A stretch of DNA of 56,899 nucleotides, filler included, from Basidioascus undulatus (taxonomy: Eukaryota): the NCBI GenBank assembly GCA_000826855.1. It is 7 parts of 7 records of this genome, joined end to end, with 100 filler letters (N's around TTAATTAATTAA, not from the genome) between each part and the next. Parts side by side here need not be neighbours in the genome. Positions count along the whole stretch, not along the records: positions 32,623 to 40,657 come from JTLS01001449.1; positions 40,758 to 48,779 come from JTLS01001450.1; positions 48,880 to 56,899 come from JTLS01001451.1; 4 more parts are not named here. One strand, given 5' to 3'. Below the pieces are notes generated by a model. The model searched no databases, had not been told where the DNA came from, and saw only the letters and a program-made list of their open reading frames with translations. The position numbers were made by a program, and so were the translations under genes. Below are positions 37,641 through 50,032 of the stretch, one piece after another (within the stretch, counting starts at the first letter, position 1; each line of letters starts with the position of its first letter).

Positions 37641-40151
37641 ATTTCTCTGTAGCTTGATTCTCCTGGTTCCGGCCAAGAGGCGGTGATGGAGACCTGACGC
37701 TTGTAGAGGAAACAGCTGGTGTTGCGCATATTTCATGCTTGTATTGTTGCTTATTTCATACATTGTCAGCCGTTGCCGCCATTTCCCCATGCCGCGCCGC
37801 AGAGGTCACAATCTAGAGTGTCTCCTACGCATGTCGCCGCGAGGACGTCCTGCTGCGGGATTGACTCATGATCCTGTGAAATATGATGTAAAACGGATAC
37901 CTATCGCTATGCTCTTGCGGCTCTTCAACCACGGTTACGCCGACAAGCGACGCAGTGTGTCAGGTGGTGAGCAGCTTGTCACTTGGCAACTGCAAGGGGA
38001 TGCCCTTGGACAGCAGGCGTGGTGGCAAAACCAGGTATCACGGAGAGGGTTTATCAGAGTTTTTAAAATACAATCCAAACCGGATGGAAGAAGACTTGCT
38101 GAGGCAAGGTGGCGTTCCCCTCAAAAGTTTGAACGTCCCCAAAACGTCCCCAAACATGGAAGAAACACTTCCCTCTCTAGTGATTCTCTCGTATCAGGTG
38201 CATATTCTTATGGTTTGCAAAATATGTTGATTGTGCACGAGGCCGTATACAGTCTCAACTTTCTGCAGGCGATGGACATTCTGTCTTGGCCATCTGCAGC
38301 TACTCTACATGGCTGGGGATCCGGTGTAAGTTTGGTAATCTGCTAAGTTGCGAAATTATCGAGAAATGCAGCGGTCTGCGACTCGTACATTCCAGGCGGC
38401 GAGTCTGCCTCCGCCCACCGTAACGCTCTTGTCGCCGTTCAACATCACTCCATGCATCACCCTCTCACCGCACACCGTCATAACCCCATTCAAGCTTGCT
38501 ATTTAAATTCTCTCCCACTGTCTTCGAAACCCCTGCCATTCTGGAAGGACGACGACGAGATCCTGTTCCAGACGCTGCTCAAGGGACGAATTCCGACCAA
38601 CGATGCCCTGACCAAGGCATTCGAGCAGGCCTACTTTGATTTAGCATTCTGGGAGAAGAGCATGTTCAACCGCGCAGAGTCTATACTGCTCAGGCTCTTA
38701 ATGTATACTGGGGAACTCCAGAGTATGTGACGTTGAGACACCTCTCGCGGGCGTAACACGAGGCGAAACGACTGCTGGATGAGTCGCGAGGTGGGTCGAT
38801 AACATTTTCTTGGCTAAATCTCCTGGGTGTTTCGTGCTCACTAATGTGGTATGTGTGGGCGGCAGACATGTACGAACGACGCGAGGCGTACATCGAGTTT
38901 CCCTGTCGCGTGTGGGCCATACCCAGGAGTTTACCTCGCCCACCTCACCCTGATCGGTTAGTCGGTTTCCTTTGTAACTATACAGATAGCGCGCGAAATC
39001 TCATTTCTCGTTACAATGGAGCGCGACAAGCAGCGTATCGCTACCGAGGAGGCCGCGGCCACCCCCAAGGGTACGCCTCGCCGAAGTCCTCTCTGACTCT
39101 CACATTCGCTGCTAATGTGTCCCCCATCCTCAAGCCCCCAAAGCGCCTGATCCTGAGCCTCTACCCGTTCTGGCGGGGCGGCTCTTGGTCCGAGTGCCAT
39201 CGCTTCGACGGCGCGTACTCCAGCAGTGCGCATACAGTGTTTTTCGGGCTCGTGGCAACCTAGGCCGCTGAAACGTTTTCACCTGCAGACTACAAGGCAT
39301 CTCCTTCTCCCAACGACTCTTACTCTAACAGGCGTTTGCGCCCGCTGCGAGCAGCGCAAGCCGATGCCGCGTGGCCCTGAGGATCGATGGCGGAGAGGAG
39401 TTCTGTCGCTCGATCCCGGCTGAATCTGCAGATGGAGATTGACACTCAGAATGTACTGAAAAATCTTGACTGGGGTACAATTTTTCCAGCGAGTGCAGAT
39501 TGAGCTTCGACCGACATCGCCGAGCTCTGCTATGAGGAATGCCGATTTGCAGCTCAACTGAGCACCTCAGCCACAACATCAGCACTGAAACCATGATGAC
39601 TATCTAGCTCCAATCAACTCGATGAGACGAAGTAGAAGCAATGAGGTCCAAAGTATGTTCGACAGGGAGAAGTTCGTACACGGGCGGATGAAGACCTCCC
39701 ACTCTCCGCTCGGCAGGATCTGCTGTCCTCCCCCCACCGTCGATGACAAGCACCCTGCACTTATGCCCACACATCACGCCCATAGCAACAACAAAAACAG
39801 TCCGCCCCGCGGGGCAACAACATGACTCGAGTCGAACGAGGTACCAAGCCAGTGGCAGTGAAAGGCAGCAAGTTACTGAAAGTGAAGTGAACGGGTAACG
39901 GGGAGCGGGGACAGCAGCGATCGACGATCAACGAATAAACGACGAGTTGGAGGATGTGGGAATACGAGACGAGTGTGTGAATGGTGCACGAAGAACAAAT
40001 CGGAAAACGGAAACGGGAACGACAGATGGAAGAGGGATGCGATGAGATGAGCGAGAGAGAGAATAGGAACTGGAACTGGAACGGGTAGAGCACGCGGGAC
40101 CGAAAAAGAAAGAGGTGAAAGGAAAGGAGAAGGAGAGAGCGGGACGGAGAC

Positions 40152-40657
40152 CTAGCGGTCGCTGCCCTGCCCGCCTGCCCCGGAGAGCGCCTCAAAAGGG
40201 AACGAAGCGAGTTCCCTCGACAGCGCGAGCGTCTCGAAGCTGTCGCGGCTGCCTCCTCCTCCTCCAACACCCACCTGCCCTCCCTTCTGCCCCTGCTGCG
40301 TCGTCGTCGTGGGGCTACTAATCACCTCCTCCCCCTCCTCCTCCGCATCTAGGACCGGCCGTTCCGGCAACGGCGGCGGCGGCGGTGCGTCCGCGTCGAG
40401 CCTGAAGTCGTACCCGCCCAATCCGCCGGCGGACGACGCCGTCGAGATCGTGCTCAGCGCAAGCGTGTTGCGGCTCGGGTTCGTCGCGCGCCGGGGGAGC
40501 TGCTCCGCCGCGTCGGCGCTGGCGGACCGGATAGGCGCGCCCGGGCGGGAGACACCGACGAAGGGGATCCCGCCCAGGGAGGAGGTGGAGGACAGGGCGG
40601 AGGCCGAGGAGAAGCGGTCGCGGTTTGGCAGGCCCGGGCCGGGGAGGGAGAAGAGCT
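40152..40657 (-). CDS. C-terminal fragment of an unknown Pro-rich protein
   Basis: GC3-rich open frame running from the contig end to a stop at 40152; contains PPPPPLPERP. Confidence 0.45.
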
Positions 40658-40757
40658 NNNNNNNNNNNNNNNNNNNNNNNNNNNNNNNNNNNNNNNNNNN
40701 NTTAATTAATTAANNNNNNNNNNNNNNNNNNNNNNNNNNNNNNNNNNNNNNNNNNNN
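40658..40757. other. Artificial contig spacer
   Basis: N run with TTAATTAATTAA. Confidence 0.99.
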
Positions 40758-42768
40758 CCCACGCACGCAAGCGCGAGGAGCGCGACCTGCCCGCCTCGCT
40801 GGCGAAGAGCCGGTGGGCTGAAGAAGATCAGGAGGGTGGAGAGAAGGGGAAGGGGGAGGATTCGGAAAAAAGGGAGCGGGAGTTGAAGGAACAGGCGCTT
40901 AGGGCCAAGGTGGTGCGGAGCATGAAGGAGCGGGGCAGTGGGGGGGAGAGGGAGTAAGCGGGTGAAGCGAGAAGGTAGGGAGGCAGGGTTGGGGCCGGCG
41001 TGCGAGTTCCAAGGACTGGATTTGCGGAGGAGGGGGAATGGACGTGTGCTCTGCGACTTTGATGGTGTGCATGTCGGCTGGCGCGGGCGCTCGGATGGAA
41101 CTTCGCCTGCAGACTAATCCCGCATTCAACCCTCGCATTGCATCGCCCTCTTCACCTTCCAGTCCCCTGTCGAGCGTCTTGCACATAACCTTCGCGCATG
41201 CTGGTCTTCCAGAGCGAGAAAGAAGAGCGCTCGACGATGGAGGTCTTACGCGCACTCGCGCAAACGCTCTTGCACATTCTGATGCATCTTGCTATTCAAA
41301 CCTAAACCTGATTCTTTCCATCTCTCCGGCGTGAATGATGTTCAAAGCAGACCCTTGTGGGTTCCTGCATTGATGTGTCTCGCTCAACATCTCGAAGGCG
41401 CTGCAGCCGTCTCACCTCGCTTCAACTCGATCGCTTTGAGAACGTCATTCTTCTTGTGCTGTTTTGTGTTCCGCTTTGGAGGAACAATGAGGTCCCTTTC
41501 ACCGCGACCGATGGCAGAGCAGTGCACTGGTTAAGTTAGACGAGTGAGGGCGCAGACGCGCCAGCAGCCTGAGGGTCAGAAAGCCCATTGGTCGCTGGCT
41601 ACTTATCTGTTGGAGCGTCTTGGGCTGGCATGGTCGCTGCCTCCGTGCGGGCTGCGCTTTGGTCCCACGCACAAGGCATGAAGGGCGTGTTGGAACGGGT
41701 TCTGCAGGAGGACTTGGTCGAATTCGATGCGCAGGCACCGACCTTCGTTGTTTCTATCACCATCCCGTGCATGCTCAACCCTGAGGATGTCCGCCGTCAC
41801 CTCTAGGCCATCGCCCCAGCACTCCCGCTCCCGGCCGGCCTCGCCCACCGATGCCACATCTTTCGACCTTTCCCCGGTCCTCGCAGGGCCGCTCTTCTCC
41901 CCCTCGATGCACCAGACCCGCCGAAGCTTGTTCGGCACGCACATCCGCATCCTGTCCCACGCGCTGGCTACGTCCGAGCCCGCTTCCATATCTCGATCCT
42001 GAGCGAGAACCTCGAACCCACATGGATTGAGGAGGTTGAGAACTGCCGCGGAGTGACGTGCGGGGACGCTGGACATGGTGATTGAGTGGCAAGTTGGTTC
42101 CGTGGTCCATAATTACTTCTCATCTTGTGCCGTTGCGCACACAGACACTCACTTACGCTCCGCTTGTTTCCCGAAGCTTGGACGAACGCGCGTTGGCGGA
42201 CAAGATGGAGTCCGCCTATCCCCGATTTCCGCCTCTTCCCCGAGCTCCCCCCTCCCAAGAGCGCGGACGAGATCGAGCGGGCTGTGCCGTGGTACACGCG
42301 CCAAGTCTCCTCGCGGCGGGATCTGGTACGCCCCTGCATCCATGCCTTCCAGTTGCGGCAACGCAACCCACAAAGACTCACGTCGGCCAAACGCCCTCAC
42401 AGCTCGATCAAGCGCATAGGTGCGATCAATCAAACCGACAGCAAGACGCTAAGCCAGCTCACACGGCACCTCCGACGAAGGGAGTGGGGACAATTCATGG
42501 TCCACCGGCCCTCAATGGTGATGCTTGATACCGCCTTACGTGACTCTGGTGGCTCTGGCGGACTGCAAAGTCGACTACTGGTCTCGCCTTTCCCAGAGGG
42601 AAAAAAAGAGTCATCAGCAAATGGCAGTGTCTTTCGGTTCACCGAGAGCAAGACAAAGCGGTGCACATGCGTGCGTCAAAAGCGGAAGTATACAAGTACA
42701 GTAAATGAGGCGCCTTCCTCTTGCCTTCGGGCGACCACCATCTTTCTCGAAACTCGGCAACAACACTC

Positions 42769-45123
42769 ATGGGCTTCGATAAGAAGGTGATCTCTGCTTA
42801 AATTTGGGAACGCATTCCACTGAGCTGAACAAGCATTTGCAGCTCTTGCTCGCGGGTCTCGCCGTCGGCGTGACCGCGCTGATTCTGTACAAGCGGTCGA
42901 AGGAAAAGAAGAACGCCGTGGCCGCAGCGCACGCGGCTTATCCCCCACAACAGCAGTACTCTCCTGCTCCTTACGGCTCCACATCTTCCGCGCCGGTGGC
43001 GGTTGCTGCCGTGTCCGCTGCCGCGGCGGCGCCTGGCGAGGTGTCTTGGAATAGCCTTCGGGATCCGTGGTACATCGCGAAGATCCTTGCCGATACGGTG
43101 CAAGATCAGGTGCGTAACTCCTGCAAGAAAAGTACACGACGGAACCTGCCAATATGACGGTGGGGTCCGTGCAGTTCCTCTGGTCGTTCTATTCGTTCAG
43201 CGCGATCTGGCAGATCGCGCAGGAGCTCGCTTCGAGCGGGACGCTGTTGGCTATCGCGGATGATTGGCAGGTGTGTCGACACTATGAAGTCTCATGTATC
43301 AACATTGGCTCATTTCTCTTTGAACGCGCGTGCTTCAGCTTCCGCCGCAGCTTGCGCAGGATCTCGTCAAGCTCTCGCTCTTCAACGTCGCGTTTCTCCT
43401 GGACGACGTACGCATTTTCTCCATCCTCAACTTTGAGCCTTAAGCGATGCTGAGCATCTCTTCAATTCACAGTCCGCTTCCATGACGCTCGAGCGCGGTG
43501 AGCGTCAACGCGAGCTGCGCGACGTCCTCCAGCGCGCGGCGAGCGCGGCGGGTCGGCTCGACCGCGACGGCATGGAGGTCCGGTGGCTCAACAGCCGCAA
43601 GAAAGGGAATGGAATCAGGACCGCCGACGAGGCGCGCCGATTCGCGGAGAAGTGCGACTACGACGGCCGCAGCACGCCCCTCGGGACCAGCCTGGAGGAC
43701 AAGATCCTCGAGTCACTCGTGTACAACCGCCTCCCGAATGGCTTGAAGAAGCCGGCGCTTATCATCATCATTACCGGTGCGCTCCGCTCCTTCCTAGTCC
43801 TGTGGAGCTCGAAGCTGACACTCAAGAATTGCGGGGACAGACGGTCAGCCAACTGGAGAACGACAGAACAAGATCGTCTCGGTGGTCAAGGAAGCGAAGG
43901 TCAAGCTTGCGATGTCTCGCTACGGAGAAGATGCTGTCAGCTTCCAGGTACGACATGCGAGCTTTCTTGTGTGTTGCGGCGCACGGCCGAGCTGAACGTT
44001 TCTACCCTTCAGATCGCTCAGGTCCGTGCACTTGCGAAGTCCTGCCAGTCGTGCTGATCGTTGATTTCCCTTCATCCATTCGCAGGTTGGAAACGACGCG
44101 GATGCACAGAACTTCCTGGACTCGCTCGATGCAGACCCGGAAGTTGGAGACTTGGTGGACGTGACCTCGAACTTCAGGACGGAGTCTGAGCAGATCTCGC
44201 GACGGACGGGAGGGCAGATCCAGGTATGCCCAAGCCGCATACCACTTTTGAAACCGTCACTTCCATGCGCACTGATGGCATCTCTAATCTCTAGCTTAGT
44301 CCGGAGCTGCATAATCTCAAGATTCTCCTCGGCGGTATCGGTTCGTGTCCTCCTCTCCTTATACCCTTTGGCCCGCCCGCTGGTTCCCTCGCCCTTCTCG
44401 TGGCTAATCAAAGTCTCAGACTCTTCGTTCGACGACTCGGACGAGCGGAACCCGGCCAAATATCAGCGTCGCGCCGCGGCGGCCTCGCAGAAACGTGCGA
44501 AGTGGGCGCGCGAGATCGACACGTTCGAGTCCGAGAAGGCTGCAGTCCTCGGCGCGGCCAACGGCGCGCCGACGACCGGTCCGATGCAACAGTTCGCATC
44601 TACTCCGCCGCCCCCGCAATATGGGTACTACGGATCGTCGGGTGCAGCCCAGTACGGCACCTCCGCCCCGGGGACTTTCTCCCCGCCCACTTCCAACCCC
44701 CCGTACAACTACACTCCCCCGACACCCTCCTACCCCGGCGCTCCGAGCGCGCAACCTTTCCAATGCCAGGCCCAGCAATCCTACGCCTACCCTTCCCACT
44801 CCTCCCCCTACCCTTCCGACTATCCGTCTGGTCCCCCTCCCAATTACCAGCGCGGGTACGACGCCGCGCCGGGCCAGCAGCCCTCGCCTCAACCGGGCTT
44901 CGCGCCCATGTCTGGATTCCCCGGCGCTGCTGAGTCGCAGCCGTATCCAGCGCAGCAGCAGCAGCCGGGCTTCCCCGGAGGCGGCGCGCCTGCATTCCCC
45001 GTCGCACAGCCCGGCTTCACCGTTCCTGCCTACGGCTCACAGCCGCAGCAGCCAGGCGCCATACATCCGAGATTCCCGGACCCGAACGCGCCGCCGCCGC
45101 CCAACATGGGCTGGAGGTTTTGA
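42769..45123 (+). CDS. von Willebrand factor A (VWA) domain protein with N-terminal hydrophobic anchor and Pro/Gln/Tyr-rich tail
   Basis: Spliced MIDAS FLLDDSASM, TPLGTSLEDKIL, KPALIIIITDGQP, FQIAQVGND..AQNFLDSLD, LVDVTSNF and KILLGGIDSSFD. This resembles the fungal RfeF-type VWA family. Confidence 0.88.
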
Positions 45124-45918
45124 TGTACCGGTGCTCATGAAGGAGACGGCGGATGATACTGGGCGGAAACGGATGCGCGAAGTTTGATGTTGTCTTGTAT
45201 TCAAGCGTGGATCGTGTGAGACGGATAATTAGTGATTTATCTGGACAGCGTGTGACTGCGCGAAATTATTCATAAAATCGATTGCTCGAGCTTCGTGTGC
45301 AGGCAAACTCAACGTGGGGCTTCGCGTGTTTGTGTGCTCCTGTCATACACTACTGCTAGATTTCATACCAGCTCTCTTTCTCAACCCTCTATGCCTCCGG
45401 ATTGTTTGCATGAGCAGCTTGCAAACTTGATGTTTCTTTCGAGCGTGTCTGATGCTTGCATGCGAGCAAATTGTTACCGTATGCTCTGGTTCATGGGATA
45501 CATCTCAATGTCTGACTGGCTCTCTTTTCGTAATATTTAACAGGTTTTGTTGGTTAAGATATTGACTAGACTAGAGGGTGAAAATATGGAGAAGCGAGAG
45601 CCGAGGTGTGAAGAACGGGAGATTGAGCGAAGAAGGAGCGTACACTGCAAGCATGAAAGAAACGAAAGACTGCCGTACATCATCGACGGTCCAATACACC
45701 TCAGCAGAAGGCACCGAAAGTCTGAATTGGTACCATGAAAAGTCGCGGGCTTTCTCGGCGCACTCTCACACGTTCAACACATGCACACAGCCAGCACGCC
45801 CACGATACAATGCATGAGGCTTCAGAAGACCGCGAATTAATGTGAGGTTGAGAGTGTGCTTCAAGTCGCTAAATTTCGCAAAGAGTCCAGCTCCATCCAA
45901 CGCGACGCTCAGGCTTGT

Positions 45919-47321
45919 TCAGAGGTTGTAGCGGCTCTTGAGCTGCCGCCACCAGTCGCGCAACATTCACCCGTCGAAGTCGCTGCACGGGAATATTTGA
46001 GCGACTTGTACAGGAAATCTGGTGGGACGGAGAAGAGGAGAGGACTGATGTGATCTCTATTGCGCTTCCTGCTTGCATGATGAAGGACGTCTGGCCGGTC
46101 GGCTGCCAGTCATAGAAGTCGTCCTACCCAGGAAGCGGGAGTGAGGACTTGTCGTCTAACGAATCACACGCGGAACTCTACTACCAGCGCAAAGTAGTGG
46201 ACCTGAAAGTGCCCACCACCGCAGCGGTAAGCGTCTGAATACGTGAGAACGACACATCCACTCACCATCTCGTGCAGGAAGATGTGAATGAGCTCAGAGT
46301 TGATGCCGGCGAGGAACCCTTCGGTGGACATGCGGGCGCCCCAGGGACCACCAGCCCCGCCGCTGAACCCGTCCTGCAACCCCCACATGAGCTTTTGTAC
46401 AGCTTTAAAGGCAGTCATCGGAAGAACGCACCGTCAACCACAGCGAGAGATCGTAGTGACGGTCAGCGCCACCCTTGCAGCCGGAGTAGTCATTGTCCTG
46501 GTGAAGAAGCTGCATGAAGGCTCAAACATTAGCGTTCAACTGCCGGAGCACGAGACAGTGACGGGAGGGACGCACCGTCCACAGGCAGGGTCGCACGTCG
46601 GTGCGTCTCCGTACGTGATGCCCTCGTAAACGTCGTACCCTTCGGTGCTACCTTCGATGACGCTACAGTCGGACACGCTCCAGCCTACGACTTGACCGGC
46701 ACCTCGGAGAACGGGAAATCTGGCAAAGCAGTACCTAAATAATCAAAATCGTCCACAGGGTGTGCCGAACTTACGTCGAAGCGAACGAGCCAGCCGATCC
46801 ACTGCTTTGTCTGCCTTTGCAGGGCTCCCTCGATGTCCGCAACGGTTCTGAGCGGTGAGCTTCTGGGAGCAATCCCAGCGGACACAGAAGGATAGCGAGC
46901 CGCCGGAGGCGATGACTTGGTCGTAACCTGCAGAGCAACCCCAGCTGATGCTCAGAAGGCGAGGGAGAGATGCGGTAGAGGTCAACCGTAGTTCTTATAG
47001 TCCATGTTGTACGTCTCAGTCTAGTGTTTTCAGACTTCCTAAACGGCTGAACAACTAGAAGCAGTCAAATTGTTCCAGCGACCCCTTCACGAGGACAACC
47101 ATCGCGACGTACGATCCGAAGGCGGATCCCAAGTCGGTGTCTTGTTCACCTGCGCGTCACAGTGCTGATGGGCTGAGCGGCAGCGGAAGTGGTCGTAGCG
47201 CGCCCGGAGGGGAAAGTGACAAGCCGGTGAGCTCGGAAGGCCGCAGGTTTGACGGCGGTGAAGAGGGTAGGCTCCGACGCCAGCGCCGCAAGCGAGGAGC
47301 GAGGGAGAGAGTGGAATGCAT
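45919..47321 (-). pseudogene. Secreted neutral zinc metallopeptidase (actinobacterial/oomycete-type HExxH family), disrupted
   Basis: Segments DQVIASGGSLSFCVRWD, VVGWSVSD, CDPACGR-FF-HQDNDYSGCKGGADRHYDLSLWLTDGFSGGAGGPWG, HIFLHEMVHYFALDDFYDWQPTG and DFDG*MLRDWW. At least three frameshifts and a premature TGA at 45967-45969. Confidence 0.8.
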
Positions 47322-47396
47322 CGCGCAGCGATGTGACAAGCGTAAGAGAAGGGACTGAAAGGGATTGGGGTGCAATGGCTGGAGAGCGGCCACCGC

Positions 47397-47402
47397 TTTA
47401 TA
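47397..47402 (-). promoter_or_regulatory. Putative TATA box of the metallopeptidase gene
   Basis: TATAAA on the minus strand ~75 nt upstream of the ATG at 47321. Confidence 0.5.
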
Positions 47403-48779
47403 CCTCCAGACCTCGAGGCTTTTTACGCTGACAACGCAAATGAAACCTCATCATTGAGCGGCCTTGCATGGTCCGCACATAGTATTCACCAAGCGCACCA
47501 CGATAGCGGAGTGGGTATGTCTATAGGGAAACGTTGGGACATCGCATAAAGATCGCACAAGCGCAAGCTCGTCTCGCTCGAACCTCGGCAGTCTTCCGTG
47601 TGCCTCGCCCCTCGCCTCATTTCCCCTCGCTTCATTTTCATTGTCCCACGTTGACAAGATCAGCAGACTACACTTCATATCGGAGCGAAGATTCGGGGCG
47701 TGGCGGGTACATGTACGCGCGCGTACCGCACCTGGCCAAGGACGACGTCCTTGAAAGACGCGGTGGGAAGCGGGGTGCGAGTGCCAGCACCAAGCAGCTT
47801 CTTAACTTCTGTAACTTCCGGATGTACCACTGTCTGCAAAGGGCAGTGAGTTCAGGAAGACGAGTATGTCTCCGCTCGTCAGTGTTGCCAAAGTGAATGG
47901 CCTGTCACACAGCAAGTCCATCGAAACTTGCTGTCGAGTGTGCATGTACTCAAAGTCGGCTTCCAAGATGTAAATTCAGAGCGTCGAAGTTTCAAAAGTA
48001 CGGGGCTTTCTGGGAGCGACCGCGCGAGACTGTGCCACACGCACAACCGAGGCAGGAAAGCGGTTTAAGCGTGTCTGCGGTGCCTTCGTTATGCCACGCA
48101 GAGGAACACGGCGAGTTGAGGGCAGGGTGAATTCGAGGTACGGCTCGCGAAGCAAGTGCGAGGTTCAAAACGGGACGGCACGGCAGCGGGCTCGAAGAAA
48201 AGAGAAAGTGACCGGGCTGGACGCTGGATTGCAAAGCACGATGAGAGGGAGGTGCGAGCAGCGAGCAGTGAGCAGCGACAATGGGGATGTGCGATATGCG
48301 AGATGTGAGATGCGAGATGCGAGGACAAGATGTCCGAGATGCGAGGGGCGAGGCGTAGCGTCATGTCGATGAGAGATGGAAGATGGTCAGGGCTCGGCGG
48401 ACGACCCGACTCGGTGTGCAAGAAGTCATTCGAGCAAGCGGATGGTTCCAGCCGATCAAGAGCCGTCCTTCAGGGTGCGAGAGAAAAGGTCGATGGCAAG
48501 AGGAGGGTCAGCATGCGGGGCAAAAGTAGTCAGGGCGGGCAAGGCAAACATCGTCGTCGCATCGGTTCGGGTGCGGTTGGGCGGGTGAAAGTCTGTACGT
48601 GTGCATAAACAAGCACGCGTGCATCTGCATGTGCGTGTATCACCATCGGCACCGGTCCCGGTCCCGCCCGCTCCGCACCAAGACAATTCACGCCTTGCTC
48701 CTCGGCTGTCCACCACCACCTCTCATCAGTCTCCCTTCCCTCTCGCTCTCTTCCACCTCCCCCTCTCCTCTCAGACGCA

Positions 48780-48879
48780 NNNNNNNNNNNNNNNNNNNNN
48801 NNNNNNNNNNNNNNNNNNNNNNNTTAATTAATTAANNNNNNNNNNNNNNNNNNNNNNNNNNNNNNNNNNNNNNNNNNNN
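48780..48879. other. Artificial contig spacer
   Basis: N run with TTAATTAATTAA. Confidence 0.99.
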
Positions 48880-49376
48880 GGTGTGGAAGGATGGGGGAGA
48901 GGGTGAGAAGGCGCAAAAAGGCGCACAGGAGGTGCTCGCTGTGAAGTAGAGCATGGGAACTTCGTACGAGGGCGAGTAGGTGATGTGAAACTCGACGGTG
49001 CATGCGTCTTCGGCTGTCGCGTCGGTTGCAGCTGCGTCCACAGTCGCGATGTCATCGACAGCCTCGACAGTTTCCGACGCGATGTCTTCGTCCGCATTAT
49101 CGGGATCTGCAACTGGACGAACGCGCACACGTGCAGAACGGCGGAGGTAGCCGAGGTTGGGATGCGACTGTCCGGGTTGTGCGAAAACCTCGATCAGCGA
49201 TCGACGTTGAACCAGCACAATCTTTTCCGGCAGACCTTGTGCTCCTCCCATCTCCAACCGCGACAGATCAGATGTGGTCCCAACTCGAAAGTGGGCGAAG
49301 TCGAAGAGTAGTGATTGATGAGCTCGTGAGCGGCAGCATCGAACTCGGCGCGCGTCAGTCGGCCACCGTCTGGCAT
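48880..49376 (-). CDS. ATG10: Autophagy E2-like conjugating enzyme Atg10, N-terminal part
   Basis: LTRAEFDAAA..GWRWEEH..LGYLRR, an acidic loop, and EFHITYSPSYEVPMLYF (Atg3/Atg10 active-site domain pattern with an Atg10-type N-terminus). Truncated by the contig end. Confidence 0.8.
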
Positions 49377-50032
49377 GATATTTGATTTTAAAAGACTACG
49401 AAAGTTTCGAAAATGAAATTTGAATGTCAGATGTGCAAATGTGCAAGGAACGGACGGAAGAATAAAAACGATGGACTTAATTGGCGGCAAGCGATGAAGG
49501 GGAGGCCAACGCAAAGCGATCAAATGCCGAAAGGGCAGTAAACAGTAAACAGACATAAGTCCGAAAGGCGCAGGAGCAAGCCCGAAAAATCAGCGCTGGG
49601 CTTGCCTTTGGCCTTCCGTGTCGTCGCTGTCCCCGCCGCCAACACCAACGTGCGTCGAACGGTACTATTGATGGCTCCATCTCAAAGCCGTAGTCGTCGC
49701 GCCGCCGCCATCGTCCCCAGCGTCACCGCCGCCGCCGCCATCGCCGCCCAGCGCTCAGAGAAATTTGCGCTCCACCCCCGGGGGTCCTGTGCGAAGGGGC
49801 CGTCCTTCAGGTGTCACTCTCCTTGAGGGGGAGGGGGACCCATTTGGATGGGCATGGGGAGGATGCTGGCTGGACGACTGGATTGGGCTTGGGGCGTGGC
49901 GAGGGCGTGGGCGACGGCGGCAGTGGAGTGGTCTTCTTTCGGCCGGGGCACGCAATGCTGACTCCGCCCCTGCCCCTCTCCTCCAGCTTCCCGTTCGTCA
50001 AGTCGGAAGGTCGCTAACTCTTTCTATCCAGC

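Noticed and set aside
41530..42540. Coding-like fragments including FRLFPELPP
   Set aside because: Only weakly F-box-like; no coherent gene model could be built.
4587..45969. Alternative genetic code (TGA read as Trp or Sec) suggested by several in-frame TGAs
   Set aside because: Intact genes end in TGA (CYR1, SUMO, HAD, VWA) and use TGG for Trp; the affected genes also carry frameshifts or deletions.
48290..48345. Short GAGATGC/GAGATGT tandem repeats
   Set aside because: Degenerate microsatellite-like intergenic sequence without spacers or structure.
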